Below, piece by piece: positions 37,057 to 47,319 of a DNA stretch of 64,000 nucleotides (positions are counted from its first letter, which is position 1; each line of letters starts with the position of its first letter). The notes beneath the pieces are model-generated. The model was not told the origin of the DNA and ran no database searches. It was given only the letters and a program-made list of their open reading frames with translations. Origin of the DNA: Clostridia bacterium (GTDB taxonomy: Bacteria > Bacillota > Clostridia > Oscillospirales > CAG-272); contig JAFTTS010000140.1 in assembly GCA_017466685.1 (NCBI GenBank), positions 715 to 64,714 on the forward strand, read 5' to 3'. The position numbers were made by a program, and so were the translations under genes.

Positions 37057-39711
37057 TTGAACAGTAACCAAAGAAAAACCGAAAAAAAGAAAAAGACCGA
37101 TTGGTCAGGTGAGGCTGCGGCTTCGGGTAAGCTTGTGGGTAAGGTCATCAAGCGGATATTTTCATATATTCTCAACGCTTTGCTGACGCTCCTGCTCGTT
37201 TGCTTCATAACCGGAATAATCGTTGCAACCGTTTTTGCGGTTTACGTTAAAAACTACATCGATCCGGAAATCGATCCGTCAATCTTCCGCATGAATTCGA
37301 GTCAGACCACCAAGATCTACTATATGAATTATACCGACCGCGAAAACCGTATCGGTACTATGGTCGAGATCAAGGATGAACAGCTTTACGGCTCGGAAAA
37401 CAGCGTCTGGGTTCCTTATACGCAGATTCCCGAGGATCTTGTTGATGCCTTTGTTGCAATTGAGGATAAACGTTTCTGGAGTCACAACGGCGTTGATATC
37501 TGGCGTACCGGAGCGGCGATACTCAACTATTTCGTTCCGTTTAAAGAAAGTCAGGGTGGCGGTTCATCCATAACCCAGCAGACGGTCAAGAATCTGACGG
37601 ATGATAAGGATTACACGCCTCAGCGTAAGATTCAGGAAATACTGCGTGCGCTCAATCTCGAAAAACAGCTTGACAAAACGCAGATCCTTGAATTATATCT
37701 CAATAATATTTACCTCTCGCAGAACTGTTACGGTGTTCAGGCGGCGGCTTATACCTATTTCAATAAGGATGTTTCCGAGTTGACGCTTATCGAATGTGCG
37801 GCGATCGCTTCGATAACCAATTCGCCGACAAGATACGATCCCATTCAGAATCCCGATAAGCAGGCTGAGAGACGTGATACCATCCTTGAGGAAATGCTCG
37901 ACCAGGGTTATATCACCAAGGAAGAATTTGACGCTGCATACGGAAAAGAGTTGGTTCTCGACTATCAGGGACGCGCGAAGGATGCCTCGGTCACATCAAA
38001 CTCGTGGTATACAGACCAGGTTATGCGTGAGGTTGCCAATGCGCTCGTCAAGGAAAAGGGATATAACCTTGAAATGGCTTATAACCTTATATACACGGGC
38101 GGTCTGCAGATCATAACTCTCCAGGATCCCGAGGTTCAGGCAACTCTTGAGGAGGTTTACGCAAACGATTCAAACTTCCCGAGAACTAACAATGCCGTTC
38201 AGCCGCAGTCATCGGCGGTCATAGTCGATCCGGCAACGGGTGACGTACTCGGTCTTGTCGGTGCACGTGGCGCAAAGGAAGCGAATCTGCTGCTTAATAA
38301 GGCAACCGAAACGACACGCTCCCCCGGTTCGTCGATAAAACCGCTGTCTGTATACGCGCCCGCAGTTGAATACGGTCTTATCACATACGGAAGCGTTTAC
38401 GACGATGTTCCGGTTATGTTCAACTATGCCGAGACCGACGAGGAAAAACTGAATCCGTCAGCATGGCCGAAGAACCTGCCCGAGGTTTACGGCGGACTTA
38501 CGACTGTTAACGATGCGGTCACACGCTCGGTCAACACGGTTGCCGTACGTATCCTTCAGGAGCTTACGCCGGATACTTCGTTTGATTTCGTTAAAAACAA
38601 GCTTCAGATGAACAGCTTTATCGAATATGCAGAGCTTTCGGGCGGAGTCGGAATCACGGACAAGGACTTATCTGCACTTGCACTCGGCGGTATGAACTAC
38701 GGTGTTACCAACCTTGAAATCACGGCTGCATATCAGATATTTGCCAACGGCGGTGTCTACAATAAGCCGCGTACATGGCTTCGCGTGCTCGATTCAGAGG
38801 GTAACGTCATTCTCGAGAATAAATCCGAGAGCTATGTTGTAATAAGCGAGCAGACGGCTTCAATTATGACCAAGATGCTTGAGAACGTTGTCAATCGCGG
38901 TACGGCGACATCGGTCACACTCAAGAGCAAGGTCGACTGTGCAGGCAAAACCGGTACGACATCGAGTGACGTTGACCGTTGGTTTATCGGTTACACTCCC
39001 TATTATGTCGGCGGAATCTGGTTTGGTTACGAAATTCCGCAGACTCTCGGAACGCTTGCTTGGAATCCCGGAACGGTCACATGGGATATAATCATGACAA
39101 AGCTTCATGAAAAATATCTTAATGGAGACGAGCCGCTTAAATCGTTTGAAACGGCGGACGGCGTTATCACGGCAACTTACTGTAAGGATTCGGGTAAGCT
39201 GATGAGCTCAGCCTGCTATGCCGATCCTCGCGGAAACCGTGCCGAAACGGGTTATTTCACGACGGCGACTGTCCCGACGGAGTTCTGTGACTGTCACGTT
39301 ATGGTCGATTACGATATCGTCACCGGCGGCGTGGCACATGAAGGATGTCCCGAGGAAAACATAAAGAGCGTTGGCCTTTTGAAGGTTGACCGTGTTTTCC
39401 CGATGAACGTAAAGGTCACGGATGCGCAGTACACTTACCGTGAAGTGGGCAGTGGAACAGCGATGCCGACGGTTGGCGATTTGCCGTTCTATATCGGACT
39501 TTATGCCACAGGCGAGTATCCCGGTTACAGCGGTACTAACGGCGCACGCTTCTATAACAGTTACTGTTACGAGCATCACGTTGACGAACCCGAGCCGGAG
39601 GATACTGACTTCGAGGATACGGATGATACCTCACCCGAGGATACCGCAGAGGACACCGGGTTCGAGGATACATCCGACGGTGCAGAGGATACTGCAGATT
39701 TGGACGAATGA
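37057..39711 (+). CDS. class A penicillin-binding protein (glycosyltransferase plus transpeptidase)
   Basis: TTG start, N-terminal TM, GT51 motifs (EDKRFWSHNGVD, RKIQE). Transpeptidase motifs are SPGSSIKP (SxxK) and KTGTT. There is a 40-aa acidic ED(T)-repeat tail. Confidence 0.9.
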   Translation: MNSNQRKTEKKKKTDWSGEAAASGKLVGKVIKRIFSYILNALLTLLLVCFITGIIVATVFAVYVKNYIDPEIDPSIFRMNSSQTTKIYYMNYTDRENRIGTMVEIKDEQLYGSENSVWVPYTQIPEDLVDAFVAIEDKRFWSHNGVDIWRTGAAILNYFVPFKESQGGGSSITQQTVKNLTDDKDYTPQRKIQEILRALNLEKQLDKTQILELYLNNIYLSQNCYGVQAAAYTYFNKDVSELTLIECAAIASITNSPTRYDPIQNPDKQAERRDTILEEMLDQGYITKEEFDAAYGKELVLDYQGRAKDASVTSNSWYTDQVMREVANALVKEKGYNLEMAYNLIYTGGLQIITLQDPEVQATLEEVYANDSNFPRTNNAVQPQSSAVIVDPATGDVLGLVGARGAKEANLLLNKATETTRSPGSSIKPLSVYAPAVEYGLITYGSVYDDVPVMFNYAETDEEKLNPSAWPKNLPEVYGGLTTVNDAVTRSVNTVAVRILQELTPDTSFDFVKNKLQMNSFIEYAELSGGVGITDKDLSALALGGMNYGVTNLEITAAYQIFANGGVYNKPRTWLRVLDSEGNVILENKSESYVVISEQTASIMTKMLENVVNRGTATSVTLKSKVDCAGKTGTTSSDVDRWFIGYTPYYVGGIWFGYEIPQTLGTLAWNPGTVTWDIIMTKLHEKYLNGDEPLKSFETADGVITATYCKDSGKLMSSACYADPRGNRAETGYFTTATVPTEFCDCHVMVDYDIVTGGVAHEGCPEENIKSVGLLKVDRVFPMNVKVTDAQYTYREVGSGTAMPTVGDLPFYIGLYATGEYPGYSGTNGARFYNSYCYEHHVDEPEPEDTDFEDTDDTSPEDTAEDTGFEDTSDGAEDTADLDE

Positions 39712-39736
39712 TATTTTCTATGAATTAAATCAAAGG

Positions 39737-39768
39737 TCACCTCATACATTTGGTGTGAGGTGATTTTT
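39737..39768 (+). terminator. intrinsic terminator of the PBP gene, overlapping the tspO SD
   Basis: 10-bp stem TCACCTCATA/TGTGAGGTGA (39737-39746 / 39754-39763) plus TTTTT. The 3' arm contains GAGGTGA, and the tspO ATG (39769) follows the T-run directly. Confidence 0.65.
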
Positions 39769-40299
39769 ATGTCGTATATTAAAAAAATCAAGCGTAAAAT
39801 TTCCTGTGAGGTACGCTCCGAGCTTTCGCGCATCAATTTTCGCTGTGTCATAATCGGTGCAGTTATAATCCTTCTCTGCGGTGTACTCAGCGCAATTGTT
39901 GCAGGTCCGACCACGCTTTACCGTGAGCTTGAACGCCCACCCCTTTCGCCACCTGCGTTTCTTTTTCCGATAGTGTGGACGGTGCTTTACATACTTATCG
40001 GAGGTGCGACAGGAGCGGTGACGTGTTCGTGTGAGCGTTCGGTCGAATCCGAAAAATATAAAGGACTGCTGTTTTTTGTGATCATGATGGTATTCAACTT
40101 TATCTGGTCGCCGCTTTTCTTTGGTGCAGGCGCGTTTTTTGCGGCGTTTTGTGCGATCATTGTGATGATAATACTGACGTTTTTTATTATCATTTTCTTC
40201 TCACGCATATACAAGGTTGCGGCAGCAGTAATGGTTTTATATCTCGCGTGGCTTTTCTTTGCCGCATATCTGAACTTGGGAATCATTATTCTTAATTGA
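39769..40299 (+). CDS. tspO: TspO/MBR family (tryptophan-rich sensory) protein
   Basis: PPLSPPAFLFPIVWTVLYILIG and later FNFIWSPLFF...YLAWLFFAAYLN, on a five-TM layout. Confidence 0.8.
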   Translation: MSYIKKIKRKISCEVRSELSRINFRCVIIGAVIILLCGVLSAIVAGPTTLYRELERPPLSPPAFLFPIVWTVLYILIGGATGAVTCSCERSVESEKYKGLLFFVIMMVFNFIWSPLFFGAGAFFAAFCAIIVMIILTFFIIIFFSRIYKVAAAVMVLYLAWLFFAAYLNLGIIILN

Positions 40300-40344
40300 T
40301 GGATATAAATGGGGACTTTACTTAAAGTTTAACGGAAAGGTTTT

Positions 40345-40930
40345 TCTGCGATGTTTGGGGTTATTGCAAAACATCGTTTTGCTGCTCTGACTAACTTAGC
40401 CTCGCCCTTTGGGAGAGGTGTCGAGCATAGCGAGACGGAGAGGGTAATTCCGAGGCATACTGCTTTGAGCTTCGCGTAAATTCGAGAGGGATGGACACCA
40501 GTTGCACAGTTGTTCCACTACACATCGCTTTCAGCGAGTGTTCTCGAGCTCTCCCACCCTTCCTTGCCGACGCCCGATTTGCGCTCAGTTCGCTTCGCTC
40601 ACAATTCGCTTTGACACCTATACCCCTCGAGCCGCCACCTTACGAGGGCGGCTTCACTCCCTTGTTTATTTTACTGCAAAAAAGTTAGTCTGTGCAGGTA
40701 AGTTTCGTTTACCGTTGAACATCGTTTTACTGCTCCAATCTAACTTTTCTCGCCGACGCAGTTGGCGAAAACGAACGATTACCGTTATACGAGCGAATTG
40801 TGAGCCGTAGGCGAACTGAGCGTGCCGAGAAGACCGCCCAAGGAAGGTAAGGGGTGCCCGAGGGGACGGGAAACTGTGGCGAGAGTTGGTTCCTGTCCCC
40901 TCGGAAAGCACTGCACAAGCGATAGTACGG
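40345..40930. repeat. locus C of the interspersed structured repeat family (one unit plus an inverted partial unit)
   Basis: 40385-40680 is collinear with 47360-47640 of locus D. 40745-40905 is in the opposite orientation and collinear with 13345-13503 of locus A. Confidence 0.85.
40348..40381 (+). terminator. terminator-like hairpin downstream of tspO (also the first module of repeat locus C)
   Basis: 8-bp stem CGATGTTT/AAACATCG (40349-56 / 40369-76) followed by TTTT. Confidence 0.5.
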
Positions 40931-41004
40931 CAAACACCGATTACGCTCTTTCAAAAACAGGTAGCAACAAATTAATATAGCTTTCAAAAAACAACGATTT
41001 TCTA

Positions 41005-41033
41005 TTGACAAATTTAGAATAAAAGAGTATAAT
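41005..41033 (+). promoter_or_regulatory. sigma-A-type promoter of the DUF4430-like lipoprotein gene
   Basis: TTGACA (41005-41010), a 17-nt spacer, then TATAAT (41028-41033). Confidence 0.65.
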
Positions 41034-41108
41034 ATATCCATAAGCAACATAAAATGTGTGCACTATCATTTCACACCGTGCTTATACTAAAATATGGAGG
41101 ATTTTAAA

Positions 41109-41552
41109 ATGAAATTTACACGTATTCTCGCTCTTGCACTTGCTTGCGTTATGCTCGCTCTTTCTATGGCATCATGCGGTGGTTCCGCTGTGACGAATGT
41201 AAAACTTAAAATCTCGGTTCCGTCCGAGGAGAATCCGGAACAGTCTACAGATTATTTCGCTGATGGAACGATAGATCTTGAAGTTCCCGGCGAGAATCCC
41301 ACTGTTATCGACGTTCTCAGAGTTACAGAAGAACCGTACGATATGGTATATGACATTGAAGAAAATGCAAACGGCAGATCATCTGTAAAGGCTATTGACG
41401 ATTACGCGACATATACCGACGAGGAAACCGGTATCTACTATGCTTGGCACTTTACCATCAACGGTGAAATCCCGGACGGTCACGCAGGTTCTGTTACCGT
41501 TGCAGAGGGCGACGTTATCGAATATATCTTTGCACCTGTTGAGGCTGAGTAA
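41109..41552 (+). CDS. lipoprotein with a DUF4430-like (transcobalamin-like C-terminal) domain
   Basis: Lipobox LSMASC|GGS, and the C-terminal W.F.INGE....G...V.EGD.IEY pattern I associate with DUF4430. ATG 41109 lies 7 nt after GGAGGA. Confidence 0.6.
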   Translation: MKFTRILALALACVMLALSMASCGGSAVTNVKLKISVPSEENPEQSTDYFADGTIDLEVPGENPTVIDVLRVTEEPYDMVYDIEENANGRSSVKAIDDYATYTDEETGIYYAWHFTINGEIPDGHAGSVTVAEGDVIEYIFAPVEAE

Positions 41553-41566
41553 TAATTAAAAACTTT

Positions 41567-41597
41567 GGGAGGACGTTTCGGTTCTCCCTTTTTTATT
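41567..41597 (+). terminator. intrinsic terminator
   Basis: Stem GGGAGGAC/GTTCTCCC with a 6-nt loop, then TTTTTT. Confidence 0.7.
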
Positions 41598-41690
41598 TGC
41601 TGCTGTAATATTTTTGTGCTTTCTCGGTAATATTTCTTCCGAATGATAAATATAATGTAACAACTGAAAAGAAATCGGAGGAATTAAACC

Positions 41691-42185
41691 ATGTTTGTAT
41701 ATTCACTCAGGGGAAGTACACTGAAATTTTTCGGCGTTACCGTGCTGGCATTGGCGGCACTTGTTACACTTCTTGTATTTATTCCGGCTGCAGAACCGGC
41801 GATGTCTGACGGCGTGCTTGAAACGGTTGAAAAGGTGAAGTTTGATAAGATCAAGAATGCCGAGGATCGCATAGAGTTCCTGCGTCAGTTTGGTTGGGAG
41901 GTTGAGCCTACGCCCGTTGAGGAGGTTAAGGTGACGATCCCTGCGGAGTTTGACAAGGTGTATCAGAGCTATAACGAGCTTCAGAGAAAGCAGGGTTTTG
42001 ATCTTACCAAATATCTCAAAAAAGAAGTTATGCGCTATACATATCGAGTCACAAACTATCCCGGTTACGACGGGGAAGTGTATGTCAATTTCCTCGTTCA
42101 CAAAAACAAGGTGATCGGCGGTGACGTATGCTCGGCGGATGCAAACGGTTTCATTCACGGGCTTGACCGCAATATTGAATTTTAA
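41691..42185 (+). CDS. membrane-anchored protein, DUF4830-like
   Basis: 164 aa with an N-terminal TM, then IEFLRQFGWEVEPTP...IPAEFDKVYQSYNELQ, resembling DUF4830 proteins (from memory). Confidence 0.5.
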   Translation: MFVYSLRGSTLKFFGVTVLALAALVTLLVFIPAAEPAMSDGVLETVEKVKFDKIKNAEDRIEFLRQFGWEVEPTPVEEVKVTIPAEFDKVYQSYNELQRKQGFDLTKYLKKEVMRYTYRVTNYPGYDGEVYVNFLVHKNKVIGGDVCSADANGFIHGLDRNIEF

Positions 42186-42194
42186 TTAAACATA

Positions 42195-42237
42195 CAAAAA
42201 GGAGCTGTCTGTATTTAAAAGACAACTCCGATTTTTA
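42195..42237. terminator. bidirectional terminator between convergent genes
   Basis: Stem GGAGCTGTCT/AGACAACTCC (one mismatch), flanked by AAAAA and TTTTT. Confidence 0.65.
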
Positions 42238-43608
42238 TTAAGTGTATTTATATTCAATCTGACTGTACAATTGCCAGAGGACGTTTATCATATAGACAAG
42301 CCAGATGCCCGTCAGAATAAACGGGATAAGCCAGAATGCGGCGTTTATATCGGCTCGCATGAAAATGTAGACGGCATTTGAAAAGAGCGCGATGACAAAG
42401 AGCACGGCACCTTTGATGATGCTGTTCTTCACTGAACGCAGATGATTTTTGTATATAGCAATCAAACGCTCGTCCTTTATATCGGGGTCGGGAGCGAGAT
42501 GTGCTTTGGCGAGGACGAGTATTTCTCGCATTATCATAAGCATTGTCAGTCCCATTATGGCATATTCAATGACAGACAAGGTCACCGAGAGGTTATACAG
42601 CGTGACTACCTCGGGATCGGCAACTCCGAGCGTTATCGCGCGCAGGTCGTATTTTACAGAGAATGTAAACGACACGCCGAATGTAACTGCCGAAACGAGT
42701 GTGAATATAACCGAAGCGACGATGGATACACCCGAAACAGGCGATACCCTTTTTAACTTCAGCATGGCGGCAAATATGAACAGAGCACCGATGAAGGTCG
42801 GTATTACGTTCACGCTGTCAAACCACATATTCAGGAAAAAGACGAAGCCTGCAACCAAAAAGGCAATCACGGTATGAAGACTGCGGCGTATTCCGATTCC
42901 GACGTTATCGGTTATCTCGAGGTCGTAATCGTGAAGTATGCGTTCAAGAAACGGCGTGTCCTTTGATATGCGCTGTATATACGGAAGTGTATTGACAAGC
43001 CAGAGAATGCCGATGAGAAGTGACAGTATCACTCCTGCAAGCACGAAAAGGTTTTTATACTGCGAAAGATCAAACTGCGGAGTTGAGGTTATATAGCCTG
43101 AATACTCATAGTCTGAAAGGGACGTAAATTCGGGGATCAGGCAGAGTACGGATTTTGCAATAAAGAAAATGTTTGTTAAAAGACGCAGATCCTTGAGGCC
43201 GTTAAATACCGCCTTGCCGTCAAAGCGTGTTCCGAAGTATTCAAGTCCGTCAAAGATACGTCCTGCGGCGGGAATTGCGTATATCAGCTCGATCAGTATG
43301 AACGCAAACGTCAGCAGAAGAGTGAGCGTGTCATCCCTCATGATCGGAATGAGAATGATCGCCGGGAGCTTTATGAGCATATACCAGCGAAGCTTACCGA
43401 GTCCCTGCACGGCGTCTGCAATGTTGGGACAAAGATCTGCCCATTTTTCAAGTCCCTTTAATAAAAACATATAGCCGAAAAAGTCGGGCAGGATGTCAAC
43501 AATGTTGATGCACGGATTGAATATAAAAATGACAGCGGCGATGAAATATCCGTATCCGAGACGTTTTTTCGGCGGCACGGTGGTGTGTTCTCTTTTGCTT
43601 GTCACCAT
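42238..43608 (-). CDS. polytopic membrane protein of unknown function (internal duplication)
   Basis: 456 aa with at least 10 hydrophobic helices. A motif block F.F.N....[DN].[IV].P.F.G occurs at about residues 28-50 and again at about 255-278. It shares this module with the upstream 227-aa ORF. Confidence 0.6.
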   Translation of the reverse strand: MVTSKREHTTVPPKKRLGYGYFIAAVIFIFNPCINIVDILPDFFGYMFLLKGLEKWADLCPNIADAVQGLGKLRWYMLIKLPAIILIPIMRDDTLTLLLTFAFILIELIYAIPAAGRIFDGLEYFGTRFDGKAVFNGLKDLRLLTNIFFIAKSVLCLIPEFTSLSDYEYSGYITSTPQFDLSQYKNLFVLAGVILSLLIGILWLVNTLPYIQRISKDTPFLERILHDYDLEITDNVGIGIRRSLHTVIAFLVAGFVFFLNMWFDSVNVIPTFIGALFIFAAMLKLKRVSPVSGVSIVASVIFTLVSAVTFGVSFTFSVKYDLRAITLGVADPEVVTLYNLSVTLSVIEYAIMGLTMLMIMREILVLAKAHLAPDPDIKDERLIAIYKNHLRSVKNSIIKGAVLFVIALFSNAVYIFMRADINAAFWLIPFILTGIWLVYMINVLWQLYSQIEYKYT

Positions 43609-43629
43609 ATCAGATATCCTTCCTTTTGC

Positions 43630-44313
43630 TTATTTTTTATTTCGTTTTGTCCATGCGATGATCTTATCGAAAACGTCCTCACGGTATGGCATATCCTCGT
43701 CTCCCTCAAGGCATATTTTCGCATAGCAGGAGAAGATAAGCAGGAGATTCACAAGAATACATACATATTCAAGCAGTCTTGAAAACAGTCCGACATAGGC
43801 TACGATCATACGAAATTCGTCGTTTACTGTAGCTGTCGACGATATCACTATTTCGGCTATACCCGAAAGCAGCATTGCCGCGCCGAAAACACCGGTTACT
43901 GTTATTCTTCGTGTTGCCGCAGAGGCAAGCTTCGGAAGCTCGACCTCGTTTGAAAGGCGGTGTATTCCGAGAAACAGAGTTATCGAGTATATACAGAGTG
44001 TGAGCTTTGCAAGGAGCACTGCCGAGTATATACAGATCGTGCCCATTGAAGCCGCCGAAGCAGAATCGGCAGAGGTGGTGTCCGCCGGTATAAAATTAAG
44101 CACGAGCATTGCGGCAGAGAAAAGAGACAAGAGTACAAGCGCATATTTTGCCGCCTTGAACGACTTGTTTTCGGGACAATACTGAATTAACCGCTTCATG
44201 GCGGCAAGCATCAGAACACAGCCGATGATCGAAAGATTCGGCAGCATACCGATCGTGTCGAGCGGATAAAACAGCAGGAAAAAGTATCCGATAAAGAGAA
44301 AACCGAAGCCCAT
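43630..44313 (-). CDS. polytopic membrane protein of unknown function (paralogous module)
   Basis: 227 aa. The N-terminus MGFGFLFIGYFFLLFYPLDTIGMLPNLSIIG...CPEN parallels LGYGYFIAAVIFIFNPCINIVDILPDFFG...CPN of the next ORF. Confidence 0.6.
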   Translation of the reverse strand: MGFGFLFIGYFFLLFYPLDTIGMLPNLSIIGCVLMLAAMKRLIQYCPENKSFKAAKYALVLLSLFSAAMLVLNFIPADTTSADSASAASMGTICIYSAVLLAKLTLCIYSITLFLGIHRLSNEVELPKLASAATRRITVTGVFGAAMLLSGIAEIVISSTATVNDEFRMIVAYVGLFSRLLEYVCILVNLLLIFSCYAKICLEGDEDMPYREDVFDKIIAWTKRNKK

Positions 44314-44374
44314 ATGTAAATTCCTTTTTTAACTGCGCCCCCACAGTGAGAGCGCAGTCGTTTTTTTTATTATA

Positions 44375-47170
44375 TTATTCAGCTGTGTCTGTCATTCCGC
44401 TTCCGCAGCACTTCTTATATTTCTTTCCGCTTCCGCAGGGACAGGGATCGTTACGGCCAACCTTGGGAGTTGTACGTGCTGTAGGGCTGACGATACCTGT
44501 TTGTGATGCGGATCCGCGATTCGTTGCTGCGGCAGGACGAGTCTGTGCACCGCCCGCGAAGCCTTCGCTTGTTGCCTTTGCAACCTCAACACGTTTGATC
44601 TCCGTATCACGGCGAGGCGAGACTGCAAGGATCATACGTGTTGTATCCTCACGGATCTGTGCGATCATGTCATCGAACATATCTCCGCCGGCGAAACGGT
44701 ACTCGTTTATGGGACTGCGCTGTGCATATGCCTGAAGTCCGACAGAGCTGCGCAGGTCGTCCATCGCGTCGATATGATTCATCCAGTTCTGGTCAACTGC
44801 ACGCAGAAGTACCGCACGTTCGATCTCACGCATACGGTCGCCGAACTCGGTCTCCTTGGTTTCATAAAGTGCATCGGCACGCTCGTGGAGAATCTTCTTG
44901 ATGTCATCCTTCTTGAGGGATGCACGTTCTTCATCGGTATACTTGAAATCATCCTCACGGCAGAGCAGACCGAAGAAATGCGAACGTATTGCGTCGATAT
45001 TCCATTCTGCGGGATTTTCGGAGACGGTGTGAGTGTCAACGCCGATCTCGATGGTTTCGTCGATCATGCCGCGCACGGTTTCACGCAGGTCTGCACCGTC
45101 AAGCACCGAGCGACGCTGCTTATATATGATTCCGCGCTGCTGGTTCATTACGTCGTCATATTCGAGGACGGTCTTACGGCGCTGGAAGTTCTGATCCTCA
45201 AGACGCTTCTGTGCGCCCTCAATTGCATTGGAAAGGATGTTTGCGTCAATCGGCTGATCCTCCTCGAGTCCGAGACGTTCAACCATACCTATAACGCGTT
45301 CGCTTCCGAAAAGACGCATGAGGTCATCTTCGAGCGAGAGGAAGAAGCGTGATTCACCGGGGTCTCCCTGACGTCCCGAACGTCCGCGCAGCTGGTTATC
45401 GATACGGCGGCTTTCGTGACGCTCCGTGCCGATTATAAAGAGACCGCCTGCCTCGCGTACCTTATCAGCCTCGGGTGCGATTTCGAGCTTGTATTTTTCG
45501 AGAGATTCGTGATATTTCTTGCGTGCTTCGAGAACGATCTCGTCATCGGTGTTAGCCATTCCGGTTGCGACGACGATAACCGATTCATCATAGCCGAGCT
45601 TACGCAGGTCGTTCTTGGCTAAGAATTCAGCGTTACCGCCGAGCATGATGTCCGTACCGCGTCCTGCCATGTTTGTTGAAATGGTGACGGCACCGAGCTT
45701 ACCTGCCTGAGCGACGATCTCAGCTTCCTTTTCGTGATATTTCGCGTTAAGAACGACGTGAGGTATACCATTGAGCTTAAGCTTCTTTGAAAGCTCCTCG
45801 GATTTTTCGATCGAAACAGTACCGACGAGGACCGGCTGTCCCTTATCGTGGCATTCCTTGATCTGCTCAACGATCGCGTCATATTTGCCCTTGATGTTCT
45901 TATAAACCACGTCGCGGTGGTCCTTTCTGATCATCGGCATATTGGTGGGAACTTCAACAACGTCGAGCGAATAGATCTCACGGAATTCGTTTTCCTCGGT
46001 CAGAGCTGTACCGGTCATACCGGAGAGCTTTTTGTAAAGACGGAAGAAATTCTGGAAGGTGATCGTTGCGAGAGTTTTGGTTTCCTTCTGAATGTCAACG
46101 TGTTCCTTTGCCTCGATTGCCTGGTGCAGACCGTCCGAATAACGGCGTCCCGGCATGACACGTCCCGTAAATTCGTCAACGATCAGCACCTCGCCGTCTT
46201 TGACGATATAGTTTACGTCGCGCTGCATATTACCGTGAGCCTTGATTGCCTGATTGATATGGTGCGAAATTGTGGAGTTTTCGGGATCGGAGAGGTTTTC
46301 GAGCTCGAAATATGTCTCCGCCTTCTTGATGCCGCTGCCGGTGAGCGTTACGGTTTTCGCCTTTTCGTCTACGATATAATCGGCATCGTAATCTTCGTTG
46401 AGCTCCTTGGAGTCGAGCTCCTTGATAACGAATTTCTTCAGAGTTCTGACGAATTTATCCGCCTTATCGTAAAGATCGGTGGACTTTGCTCCTGCGCCTG
46501 AAATGATGAGAGGTGTTCTTGCCTCGTCGATGAGAATCGAGTCAACCTCGTCAACGATTGCGAATACATGGTCGCGCTGAACAAGCTGTTCCTTATAGGT
46601 TACCATGTTATCGCGCAGGTAGTCGAAGCCGAATTCGTTATTTGTACCGTAAGTGATATCGGCTTTATATGCGGCGCGTTTTGCTTCCTTGGTCTGATCG
46701 TGGATAATGAGTCCGGTTTTGAGTCCGAGGAAGCCGTACACCTTGCTCATTTCTTCACTGCCCGTTTTTGCGAGGTATTCGTTAACGGTTACGATATGCA
46801 CGCCCTTTTCTGTGAGAGCGTTAAGATATGCCGGCAGGGTTGCAACGAGAGTTTTACCCTCACCGGTCTTCATTTCCGCGATACGTCCCTGGTGCAGAAT
46901 GATACCGCCGAGGAGCTGTACTCTGAACGGGCGTTTACCGAGTACACGGTCAGCCGCTTCACGCACAGTTGCGAAAGCATCGACTAAAATATCATCGAGT
47001 GTTTCGCCGCCACTCAGGCGAGCCTTTAATTTGTCGGTCATAGAACGCAGCTCATCGTCGCTCATTGCCTTATATTTGGGTGTGAGCGCATCGATTGCGT
47101 CAACGGTGGGCATGAGCTTTTTCACCTGTCGCTGGCTGTATGTTCCGAAAATTTTGTCTATCAGCTTCAT
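44375..47170 (-). CDS. secA: preprotein translocase ATPase SecA
   Basis: [18 protein letters not shown]..., Walker A MKTGEGKT, a DEVD box, and the C-terminal zinc motif [17 protein letters not shown] 47170 is preferred over the track's 47191. Confidence 0.95.
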   Translation of the reverse strand: MKLIDKIFGTYSQRQVKKLMPTVDAIDALTPKYKAMSDDELRSMTDKLKARLSGGETLDDILVDAFATVREAADRVLGKRPFRVQLLGGIILHQGRIAEMKTGEGKTLVATLPAYLNALTEKGVHIVTVNEYLAKTGSEEMSKVYGFLGLKTGLIIHDQTKEAKRAAYKADITYGTNNEFGFDYLRDNMVTYKEQLVQRDHVFAIVDEVDSILIDEARTPLIISGAGAKSTDLYDKADKFVRTLKKFVIKELDSKELNEDYDADYIVDEKAKTVTLTGSGIKKAETYFELENLSDPENSTISHHINQAIKAHGNMQRDVNYIVKDGEVLIVDEFTGRVMPGRRYSDGLHQAIEAKEHVDIQKETKTLATITFQNFFRLYKKLSGMTGTALTEENEFREIYSLDVVEVPTNMPMIRKDHRDVVYKNIKGKYDAIVEQIKECHDKGQPVLVGTVSIEKSEELSKKLKLNGIPHVVLNAKYHEKEAEIVAQAGKLGAVTISTNMAGRGTDIMLGGNAEFLAKNDLRKLGYDESVIVVATGMANTDDEIVLEARKKYHESLEKYKLEIAPEADKVREAGGLFIIGTERHESRRIDNQLRGRSGRQGDPGESRFFLSLEDDLMRLFGSERVIGMVERLGLEEDQPIDANILSNAIEGAQKRLEDQNFQRRKTVLEYDDVMNQQRGIIYKQRRSVLDGADLRETVRGMIDETIEIGVDTHTVSENPAEWNIDAIRSHFFGLLCREDDFKYTDEERASLKKDDIKKILHERADALYETKETEFGDRMREIERAVLLRAVDQNWMNHIDAMDDLRSSVGLQAYAQRSPINEYRFAGGDMFDDMIAQIREDTTRMILAVSPRRDTEIKRVEVAKATSEGFAGGAQTRPAAATNRGSASQTGIVSPTARTTPKVGRNDPCPCGSGKKYKKCCGSGMTDTAE

Positions 47171-47319
47171 AGTTATATATCTCCGATTCAAAATGAATTA
47201 TTTTACTTTTCATGCATTTTTCAGCGAAAACTTTACGTAAAATGCATACACGTAATTAGTATACTACATTTTTTCGAAAATTGCTATAATATATTGTAAA
47301 TTTTCAGTGTTTTTTTGAT

